A DNA stretch of 64,000 nt, from NCBI RefSeq assembly GCF_000315625.1, contig NW_005434671.1, positions 879,798 through 943,797 of the forward strand. The letters are read 5' to 3'. The DNA comes from Guillardia theta CCMP2712 (Eukaryota > Protista > Cryptophyta). Of the stretch, positions 46,294 through 57,400 are shown in pieces. Below the pieces are notes generated by a model. That model had not been told where the DNA came from. It saw nothing but the letters and a program-made list of their open reading frames with translations, and ran no database searches. The stretch's first letter is position 1. The number at the start of each line of letters is the position of its first letter. Made by a program: the position numbers and the translations under genes.

Positions 46294-49200
46294 ACAATGG
46301 TTGAACTTGTCACTGAATCCAGACATTGCAAGTGCTGTCTGGGACAGTGCAGTTAAAGAAGTGCTGCAAGCAGCCCGCAAGAGAGGAGTCGTCCCTGATC
46401 CTGATACCGTCATAGGCAGGATTGCCCCGGAGAGCTGGCTGTAGTTGCTGGAAGAGAGACGGGGAGGGAGGAGGAGATTCTGTAAAGAATCATGAAGACG
46501 CGTATGTCGATGTGATCTTGACAGTGTTCTGACACACTGGAATGACGTAAGCAAAGTCAGTTGCTCGAAGCTTCAGGTCCGAGGGAGGGTTGGTGACCAC
46601 ATATAGCTGCCCAGGCATGTCAGGACGGAACGAGGGCGGGGCGAGGGCTTACCTGTCTTGAGTAACCCTGCGATAATCTGTACAGCCCAATGACAATGTC
46701 ACCCGTCTCCTCAAGATGCTTGTCGAAGAACTCGCCGAAAGTCCTCTCGGCATGGTGAGAGATCGAGATGAGTTTGACGGCAGCGTCGTGCTTGCTGTCC
46801 TCTGCCCCTCGTCCCAGGAGGATGCCATTGAGGATGGACATGATGTAAGGGTTGAAGTACTGCTGGCACATGACAAGGTCCAGCAGGACCGTTATGACCG
46901 TGCAACCTGCCACGTAGCTGCTGTCGAGGTGCTGGAAGCCGTTCCTGATGTTGAACGCCTCCTTCTCCACCTCATCTCTGCTCATGATGATGGTCGAGTC
47001 ATCCATGTGGTAGAGGGTTTCTGCGCTCGCCCGTATGTTGCTGGCGTCCATCGGGAAACCTCCCTGGGTCAGCTCGGAGACCAGAATCGTCCTGGCCCGG
47101 TTCAGCCCCAGCGCATTCGCCGTGATGACTCCTTGCATGACCGACGAGTCCGCAAGGTGACGCGACTTGGAGAGTTTCTCCAGGTCTGCACAGAAGAGGA
47201 CCGCCCTTGCGCGCAAGATTCCCGCTCTCAGCAGGAGATCGGCATAAGAGAACCCGGACATAGCATGTTTCTCTATGATCCAGACTCGGTGGTACTGGTT
47301 CACCTCGTACCATTCCCTCGGGCTGGGCAGCTTCTCCGTAAGGAACACAACGATAGGGCAGTCCTGCAGGGAGGTGTAGAGCGGTTTGAGCAAGTACTGC
47401 ATGTCGTCCATGTCTGACGTCACTACGATTACGTGGTTCTCGACCCTCGCGTCCACCTCGTGCACGATGTGCGTCGAGAGCGAGCGGTCGATAGGCATTG
47501 AGAACGGATCCTGCACGCCGATGTTGACCTGCTCGAGGAGGAAAATCTCCATGTTTCTCAGGAGCTCGCTGCTGACCATCGGGTAGACTTTCCTCATCTG
47601 CTCAACCAGACCCTTGGCAGTCTTGTCTATCGCAGGGTCCAGCTCTGAGACCTTGGGGAGGGATCTCTTCAGCAGCCTTTGCCCTGAGTCCGTCCTTGTC
47701 AATGCCTTCATCATGCTCGTCTCCTCGTGAGGAGCGTCCGCGCCCTCAAGCTGCGCAGCTGCAGCCTCGGACCCTCTTCTCGCCCCCTCCGCACCCTCGA
47801 TTGCTCCCTCGACCGGCAATCCCACAGCAGGAGACACTTTCTGCTTCCTCATCGAGCTCTTCCGCCCGAAGAGTCGAAGTTCCTCCTTGCGAGTCTCAAC
47901 AGCCTCGAACTTGTCGAGGGCCCTTGCTTCATCTGCGAATGCGAAGAGGATGTCGCCCGGCTTGATCCGATAGTCGGCTCCAGGGTTGAAGATGATTGTT
48001 GATACAGCCTCTGCAGCGTTGTTCGAAAGGAAAGACTTCTTCCTCGTCCTCTTGATTTGCTGCTGGGCAAGACTCTTCCTCCTGTTTGCGTGCGATAGGA
48101 GCAGGTCAACGCAAGCGATCGCTACAACGCATGCGTTCGCTTGGGACTTCACAAGCTTGACGAAGTCATGGTACTGATAACCGACATAATCCTTGTTGAC
48201 CTGGAAGTTGTAAAGCTCCATCGTCATCCCTTCAGTGTACTCTTCGTGCCAAGACGTGAGCGTCAGGGACTGCCGCCAGGAAATCGACTGGATCATGTTG
48301 AGCAGCATTGTCGGGAGACCCGGGCAGGCGACTGACATTCCCAACAAGCTCAACCTCAACTGGTTGATGCACCTGAAGGAATCTGAGGTGAGGAAAGGAG
48401 GAAATAGACAGAGTGACTAAGTTACATAATGTTCGCACGGTCAACCCCGGCGTTGATCAGGAGCTCCAAGTTCTCAGGTTGCATGACTTGTGCAAAGATG
48501 TGTATCGAGGGGTTCGACCGTTTGGCCGTCAGCGCTCGCAGCGCCGTCAGCTGATCCTGTTCATCCTACTCAAACAAAGTCAGAGGGCCGACAGCGCCGC
48601 TGGACGGATGACCTGATCCCTTGCGCTCCTATCGGCCATGAGGAAGATAGCTTCCGCTTCGTCCACCTGGACCCGCGCGAGATCGTACGAGGAGGTTGCA
48701 TCTCCTCGGATGTAGTGCAGCCTCTTCTTCGTGGCATACCTGGTCAAACCCACTCTCAGCCAACACAGGAGGAAGAGCAGGAGCAAACGGGGCCTCACTT
48801 GAGCAAGACCTGTCGCACTTCGTTGTTGGGAGGGCAGTCCACGAGGATCACGAGCTGAGGGGCAAACATCGTCTTCAAGGCATGGTCCTCATGGAAGAAC
48901 TCGGTGATGAAGGCATGGAAGTCAACCTACAGAACACGTCACATGCGTGCGATCTTAAGTGCAGCCGGCAGGACTCGCCGATGGGTTGCAGGCCAGGATG
49001 ACATGCGCTCGGTTGCTCTTCTTCACCCACACGCCGTCGAACTCCGACTGCAGCTCTCGCAGCTCGTGGAGCTTCTTGAACTGGTTTGGAACGACGTAGA
49101 TGGTCAGCCCGATCATGACCAGCATCAGTATCCTGCTCATGGCTGTGATCGGCACGACATCCCCATAGCCGACAGTGGAGAAGGTGACCAAGGTGTAGTA

Positions 49201-50124
49201 GAGAGAATCGTGGAACATCATCCTCGTCTGACAGTTGGAAGCACCGAGCTGAGTCTGACCGAAGGGGAGGTCGCACAAGTAGACTCCCTTTCTTGAAGAA
49301 TCCAACTTGCACATATTCGGGCAGGATATGCTGCATTCTGCTTCTGAGAAGAACTCACACTGTTGCGCTACCCCTGTCCATATTTCCCCCGTCTCGTTGG
49401 CGAGGTACTGCACAATGCCCGTGGTGACAACCAAGATGCACAAGACGATCGAGATAATGCGGATGGTCTGGCGCCGAATCGCATCGTCGGAAGAGGCAGA
49501 TATCAACTCAAAGCTTCTGATCAAACGGATCAGACGAAGCACCCGGAAGAACCGCATCACTCGTGCAACTGCAAACAAACCAAATGACTCATCGCACTGA
49601 TGGCCGAGCGCAGAGATCAAGAGGACAGGAAAGACTGTCACTATATCGACGAAGGATTGAAGACTAGTCAAGTACTTCAGCTTCTGCGAGCTGAGATAGA
49701 GATAGAAGGACCAATACACCCCGAAGAACGTGCTTAAGGTGATGTCAACGCTTCTTGTCCAATCACTATAGTTGACATATGTTGATATAACATAGAGCAC
49801 ACAAGAAATCCCCGACATCACTGCTGAGATCACCTCGATCGCAAACCCAATGCGAGACTGCAAGATGTATGTACTTGCTCGTTCGTTGAAAGGAATCCCC
49901 CTTCGAAAAGGGACCTTGGCAAAAAGGATTATCCATGGCAATAGACTTACAGCCAGGGAGGGGAAGAAGGAGTACAGGGCCCTCAACCTACATTCGCTCG
50001 GAGTAGCAACCATGTTGCGCTACAACAACAGTTGTTCAACTTAGAGATCGAGACGGAGCTGATCCTGCCTGTCCTCCACAATTTCTGCAGCTGTTGCTTG
50101 TCTTCTCAGGGAGTACATATTCAT
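46237..50124 (-). CDS. BK/Slo-family potassium channel alpha subunit (TM segments + two RCK domains); ends approximate
   Basis: S4 ARVMRFFRVLRLIRLIR; pore SLYYTLVTFSTVGYGDVVP; RCK1 HVILAC...FITEFFHED, YIRGD...DLARVQVDEAEAIFLMAD; EYTEGMTMELY; RCK2 NHVIV...LLRAGILRA; YVVTNPP. Confidence 0.92.
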
Positions 50125-50740
50125 CGAGGGCAGTCTCCTCCTCCTCCCTGTTGGTCCTGCCACACCAACCGCCGACCGCTGCGCCGCGGTACCTGCATGG
50201 TTCTGGCTCAACTGGTACTCTCCATCAAAAGGACCCCTTCGTCTCGAAAGACTGGATCTACTACCCCACCCCACCCGCTCTGTTGTTAAGTTCTAAAAGG
50301 TCTAACATTTAAAAATACATTTTTAAATACAGGGTTTTGGTTCGAAGTACCCGTACTTGTACCCGGTCATACCAGTACCCGTACTCGTCCCCGGTCATAC
50401 CACCCTAACTATGATCGTGTCACTTCACTATCCACCCCTCCCGGGCACTCTGCAGGTAATATATGACCCCACCCCTCGATGTACCCAAAAAAGCAAGTGA
50501 AAGTAGCGGAAGGTTGAGGGTCCGGGGGGTGGGGGTGGGGTACTGGTACGAGTAAAGCGACTCGACTCTTGAAGGGGGGCCATGATCTTTTTTTCTAGAA
50601 ACGGGCATCACTCCCGAAGCCGCCGGGCCGGGCCGTCACTGAGTTGGTGCCGGGTCAGCGGGCCGGCACGCTGAAAGACTTGATACGGTCCTCCATCTTT
50701 CCTGGTTGCCCATTGTTTTCCCGCGCTCACGCCTCTGCCT

Positions 50741-52045
50741 ATGGCGCATGAACTTTCAGCAGTTCCGCTGCCTCCAGGCTTGCGCGCTGCACTCATCAAG
50801 GCGGGTTTCCGTAGCACGTCAGACTTCGACGGAGTTTCGGTGATTGAGCTGGCAAGAGGTGAGGAAACCATGCACATGAAGCTGTTCGCACACGCATTTT
50901 CTGCAACAAATGAGTTGTTTGGTCAGAACAAACAGATTGATTTTCCTTTGTCACGTTGACACGTTGTTGAAAAATATTTCATGAATTGCTTACATATTTT
51001 ATCTTTTAGAGGCTGGAATAAGTCACAACGATGCTCTTGCTGTCCTCAAAGCAGTACGAGGTCCACAAGATAGAAATCAGAGATCACTCGACACTTCATC
51101 CGTTACCAAACCTCCCCAAAAGTCCGCCTTAGATCTATTAGATGAAGTTAAAAGCATGCCCCACATCATAACATTTTGTTCCGACTTGGACAATATGCTT
51201 GGAGGGGGGATTGCCATGGGTGAGGTCACAGAATTTTGTGGAGTCCCAGGCATCGGCAAAACACAGCTTGGAATACAACTGGCTGTTGATGTTCATCTCC
51301 CAATGATATTCGGTGGAGCACAAGGCGAAGCAGTGTATGTGGATACCGAAGGTAGTTTTATGGCAGAAAGAGCTAACGATATCGCAAGTGCTTTTGTTAA
51401 TCACGTTCAGAAGATGGTCAAAATAAGGAATGACGCTGTTTATACCAATGCTGCATCCTTCCTCACTACTGAGCACATTTTGGATACAACCTATGTCTAT
51501 CGAGTACATGATTATTGTGAACAGATTGCAGTGATAAATCGGTTGTCTTCATTTCTGGATTCACATCCACGGGTAAAGATAGTCATTATCGACAGCATAG
51601 CATTTCTATTTCGACATGGATTTGAAGATTACGCCATGAGATCAAGAATCTTGAATAGTTTGGCTCAAAAGTTGACCCAGCTGGCAAACGAGAAGGGAAT
51701 AGCCGGTGAGTACATCTTGAAACCACCAATATATTTTGTGATCGTTTCCTTCAGTTGTGTTAATTAACCAGGTCACTACAAAGGTTGGAGCAAACAATGG
51801 TCACCTGGCACCTGCTCTTGGAGAGAGTTGGGCACATGCCTGCACCAATCGCATAATGCTTTTCTGGGAAGCAGGTCATCGATATGCCCGGCTTGTCAAA
51901 TCGCCTTCGAAGAAGACCGATACAGTTCCTTACCAAGTCGTTGCTGAAGGAGTGAGTTTACCATTTCAAAGAAATTCATGTTTAAACTTTTTCGCAGATT
52001 AGAGGAATATCAAAGAAAAGGCAGAGAAATGTTGGACAAGAATAA
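50741..52045 (+). CDS. RAD51C: RAD51 paralog C (4 exons)
   Basis: IITFCSDLDNMLGGGI...TEFCGVPGIGKTQLGIQLAVDVHLP..FGG..GEAVYVDTEGSF; VIIDSIAFLFR; NQVTTK...PALGESWAHACTNRIML; RAD51C-type motifs. Confidence 0.92.
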
Positions 52046-52218
52046 AGTGCTGTTTTTTTTTAGCTCGCGACAAAAAGTAGAAGATTCTTGTATTGTTACT
52101 GTAAATTACAGCTGGCAAATTAATCTGTTTTATCAATCACAATAAAGTCTGAGCGGACTGAACAAAAAAAGTTTTAAGTTTTCATCAAATCTAGATCCAT
52201 GTATGGAGTCATGATTCA

Positions 52219-52916
52219 CTACCCAACGATTGCGTCCTCGGGATGTACCCTGCCATGCCAAATGGATCTATCTGCCATTTCAGGGAATGTTTCTAATATA
52301 CTAAGTATTTCTTGGGGAGGATCCATGTTCAATTTCTTTGCTCGATTCCACCGTTCCAGTCGTGTACAGCTCATGCATGGCCCATACTTGGTGTTGAGAT
52401 CGAAAACTCTCAATCTAGCATCGGCTTCCTCTCTGTCGATGAATAAACCAGGCTCAATTTCGCACCGCAAGTCCTCTTTCGGTGTTTCTTGGACAGGTGG
52501 TTTTGTTGATTCGATCTTTACGATCTTTTGGTCTTTGTGCGAGACATCCAGTGATTTCTTTTGGGCGTATCTGTCAGGAATCCCCTTTTTGATAGAGTCC
52601 ATGGTATCGCTGATCTTGGATTGCTTCGAAGCCTTTTTTCACAGAAAGGTCAATGTTAGATCATTTTGAAGGGAAAAGTCAGAGTATAAGGGGACAAAGG
52701 GCAGGATAGAAGTGGTGTGGATCACATGTGAAATAAGAATGTCTAGCTCGTGTGCAAAAGAAAGGCGAGTCACATTGCGATTGAGCATACGGCAAGGAAG
52801 AGTCGTCTCAGCAGCGAATCAACAGAGAACAATACACAAGGAGTGTATCTTACCATATTAGACCTCCGCGCCATCTTCGATGGGCCCTCTGTTATTGCAC
52901 TCCTCTTCGGCGCCAT
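52219..52916 (-). CDS. POLD4: DNA polymerase delta subunit 4 (p12/Cdm1-like), 2 exons
   Basis: LRVFDLNTKYGPCMSCTRLERWNRAKKLNMDPPQEILSIL signature; PIP-like KQSKISDTM; exon 1 MAPKRS...SNM ending at a GTAAG donor. Confidence 0.88.
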
Positions 52917-54480
52917 TTTGTGGGTCCCAGAAAGGTCGTTGACGTTCTCTTAGGGGGAACAAAGGGGTACTCATTACCACCGGTGATACTTGTTCACGAC
53001 CTTCATGAGCAAATCGATTACGATGGGGTGGGTAGGAAAGCTCAACATGCAAATCATTTTGTGGGGTGGGGTGGGTGCCCTCCTGCCAAAGGCGGAAGGA
53101 GCTCGCGGGGGTCCTATATGTCCATGTGGGGTGGGGTGCACATGTCGTGACCACCGGTGTTATTTAGGAGGAAAGCATAGGTAGCTAAAGGACCCACTTT
53201 TAGTTCTTTACATGTATATAATTCACAATTATTGCTGTACAGGAAGAGAAAAATGTTGCCATTTTCCGACACCACTTTCGGTACCAAAGACTATAATTTG
53301 TTTTTGTTTGATACAGTTTATAATATAAAATGAGATTAAAATCAGGTTTCGTACGAAGTTGTGTGTATAAAAACAAATTTGTGGGGAGACAGAGGAACCG
53401 CCTCAAACCTAGTCAAAATGGCTAGCCAGGACCGGTCGTGATACCATAATACCACCCATGGGCATTACCAGAAAAATACCCCTACTTGACTCTGTTGCTC
53501 TCAACCACCCCCTGGTATTCTGAGACCCCACATTACCCAACCTAGGGACTATTTCAAATTTCCTTGTACTTTACTTGGGAAAATGTCAAATTATCTCGGA
53601 AGTGGTTACTATTTTCATGATTGTTTTCAGATTATTGTACCCTACCCCACTGAGTCAATGACCTGTAGCGAGTACTACCCACCCTTTCACCCATGTCCAG
53701 ACCAGACCTTGGTGTGGCGATCTTCATTTTATACCCCTACCCACAAGATGCTATCATACTACCCCCCTTGACCCGTTCTTCCTAATCGACTTACCCCACC
53801 CCCACCAACCCTACGAAGCACCTCCTGCGATAGCTTTGGTTTGAGGTTTGTGCTCCTATGGCGAGGGATACAGCAATGCAAGCACTAATTGCTCCTCCCC
53901 TTGCCCTCATCACAACTCAAACGACCATCCACACGTTTCTCCTCCCATGATTTTACCCCCTCATCTTCGAGATTTCTTTCAGCTCCAGTAAATTCTTCAC
54001 ACTTTCTGTGTCCATGAATTCAGATCGTTTCCTCTTTACCCATTCATTACGTGATGAAATCCGTTGATAGCTACTTTTCCATGTATCTGCCTTTGCTAGC
54101 ATAGCTCTAATGTAGTCTGTCACTTATCTCTGCATGTGCATGACAGATTCAAGTAGATGAGATTTTAAAAAAAGGTTTCCGCTCTTTGTGATTTTTGGTC
54201 TTGAACCTTTCTTTTCATGGACCATTCTATTCCTTCGGCTTTGTTATGTAGAATCACAGTGGATTCTGCTTTCGAATATCCCATCGATCATGTTTTCCTG
54301 TTATTGTATACGAGCTGTAATAGTGTTTTAGGTCTTGCCGCCGTTGATCGAAGAAACTTTAGTGAGAATTCTCGTGGTTGTCAAGGCAGCTCAGGCGTTT
54401 TCAATCCGTCTTGAAGATGTCTCAAAGTCAGGTCGCTTTACACCACGCGATGTCTTGTGTGAGATTGACCTTCCGTGCTC

Positions 54481-57400
54481 ATGCAGATTAAGGTGAAATG
54501 CCCGGGGTGCAGTACGATGCTTGCCCTGCCACAAGGGACAACCAAGTTCAAATGTGCCCTGTGCTCCACAGTTGCAATGATACCTGAATCAGTTAGTGTA
54601 ACGCCAAGTCGTCCCGCGGACATGTCGCCATATGGAGGAGATTCCAGACAGTACTTTGGGGATCCAGGTTTACAGTCAAGCTCCTGGTCAGATTCCAGGC
54701 ACAGCACAGGTAGTGCTGGATTTGGACCACCAGGTTACTCTCCAACTTTCCAAGATTCTGCATCTCTTGCTTTGTCAATGCAGCCCATTCTTCCCCCAGG
54801 TGAAATAGAGCAACCTGTTTGGATGGATCAGGAAGGAATAACGAACTGTTCGCTCTGTTCGTCTGAGTTCTCAGTTGTGAAGAGGAAACATCATTGCAGA
54901 TGCTGTGGAGCTGTTGTCTGCGGACCTTGCAGCTCAAATAATATGGTGATACCTGGAATCAACAAAGATAAGAGCCGCGTGTGCTCCCTCTGTTCGAAAC
55001 ATCTCACGGATCAACCGAACCATTCGGGATGCGTCATGCGGTCTTGTATGAATCTCTCGGCTACTGGTGCAGCACCAGCAGCCCTTGCGCTGGCCTGCAA
55101 ATCCATTGCTGATGAAGCACAGGCTGGAAGTGCCCAGTTTGAGCAGGAAGGAGTCTTGGAAAAAGTTTTGACAAATTTACTTCCATTCACACGTGGCGTT
55201 GATGCACAGATACAGAGGCAGGCCATTCGCGCCATGTCAAATCTTGTATTGAAAGAGAAACATCGTTCCAAGACTATGGAAGCTGGCATCGTTCCCATTT
55301 TCGTTGATCTGTTGGCAAGTCACGATGATATTCTTAGACTGCAGGCTGCACGGGGAATTCTCGGCCTCAGCAACGAAGAAGTCGTGAGGCAAGCTTTGGT
55401 AGAACTGCGAGGTGTCAATACGATAATCAACATACTCCCAGCAGAGTCAGATGAGGGTCAAGCTGTAATGGTTTCCATTTTGGAAGCTCTTGCCAATGGA
55501 GGATCGCAATATCGGGTATTGATCCGTGAAAATCATGGAATCTTCACACTTGCAGCATGTCTCACAACAAAGAATCAAACGATCTTGGAGAAAGCAACGA
55601 ACATTCTTGCTTTGATGGTATCTGAACATCAGTCTCGTCGAGCAATTTTTGAGAGTGGTGCAGTCACGGCTTTGTTTACCGTGCTACAAACATTTGGAGG
55701 GAAAATCTTACTCAATGCTCTCAAGGTGGTCTCTGTAACAACTACAGACCCAAATGTATGCCAACAGCTCCCCGATAAACATGTTGCAGTGCTCTCTCAC
55801 CATCTTGATGACCTTTCACATGTGCACATTCTGCAGATGGTTTGCTCTACAATCCGCAATGTATCAACTGCTGATGAGAGGTTTGCTCGGACGCTTGCAA
55901 TGGCTGGTGCAGTGCCGAAACTGTTGAACGTCTTGCAACGATCGGGACCAGAAGGCTGGGCGGCTATTCGCACTGATGCCCTCAATTTCTTTCTGTCTGC
56001 ATGCACAGTAGATGCAGTAAGAGACGCTCTTGTTCAGGGATCAGGTGTCGGTGTTCTGGCGTCCATCGCAGCCAACCCATCCAGCCACATTTCTGAGATT
56101 GAGGTGAATAGTTGCATCTGACAGTGTTATAAGACTGAGTTGCCATCGAAGGTGTGCCTGACGTTGCTGTCGACTTTGACGTCTTTCAGCGCGGAATGCC
56201 GACGATCGCTTTTCGAGATAGGAGGCACCAGCCTTATGCTAGAGTGCATCAAGTTGCAACCAAGCGCTCCTGTCAAAGGGGACCCGACATTGGGAATCTC
56301 CTCGGAAGAACAAAAATTGCTCATGATCTCTGCAAAGCTGGGCCCTGCACTCCAAGTGCTGGCAAATCTGTGCGAAGACCAACCTGTACGTGTGAGATTG
56401 TCTAAGAGTGGTAGACTGTGATCGATTTTCAGATCTGGGATGTGATTTCTGATGCAAGGGGTGAAGTTGACGTGTTGGCACATGCTGGCAGCAAGGATCC
56501 CAGCATTTCACTTGCTGCTCTCCGGTGCCTCATTTCGCTCTCTCGCTCTTCAGATAGGAGGTGAGTCTTCTACGAAAAAGGAAATTGTTGTTGAAGGCTG
56601 TTTGCAGGTCAAGGGAATTTCTTCTCCGATCTGATACGCTGCCACATCTTGTGGGCCATCTCTCTTCAAAAGACGAGAGTGTTGCCGAGATGGCTGCTGA
56701 AATCATTTCCGAGCTTTGTACTGATAGAAGGTGCCGTGATGAACTGTTGAGGTGCTACAATTGTCTGTGCTGTACTCCTGGAACTCATGAATGATCTTCA
56801 GGCAAGATGCAGTTTCAAAGCTTTTGAGAATGATCTCTTCCTCTCGAAATGATGCCTTGAGAAGCAAGGCCGTGATTGCAATTGGAGGAATGTGCGGGGA
56901 CGATAGGTTCTGGGAGATTATCACCAGGAGCAACGGATTGACCATGCTGGTTGAGCTTCTTTTTAACCCTAACTCAGCTTCTTCGTTGAAGTTGAATGTC
57001 TGTAATGCCCTCTCTGATCTTGTGATGGATAGAAACCATGCCTTATCATTTCAAAGAGCCGGTGGGGCCCATGCCTTGACCAGTGTGCTCTCGGTTCAGG
57101 ACAAAGATGCTGCTGCTGCTGCTGCCTATGCGATTGGAAATTTAGCAAAGGCAGTGGATGCAGCGAATGTGCAGATTGATGACACCACCATTCGAAAATT
57201 GATAATGATGCTTGCTGAGCCAGGCGCGTCTTCGTCGATGCACGCGATATCTATCCTGTGCGATTGTGAACAAGTCAGGCAAAGGTTCCTTCAGAATGGA
57301 GTTGAGGCTGCCTTAGTGAACACGAGCAAGTGTCATTCTGATCCATCAACTCGTCAGCAGGCTGTCCAGGTTCTTGTCAAGGTATTGAAAGAAGGCAATG

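Noticed and set aside
50388-50412. Resemblance of CGGTCATACCACCCTAAC to the 5' end of 5S rRNA
   Set aside because: Similarity stops after ~18 nt; no internal A/C boxes or 3' complementary stem follow.
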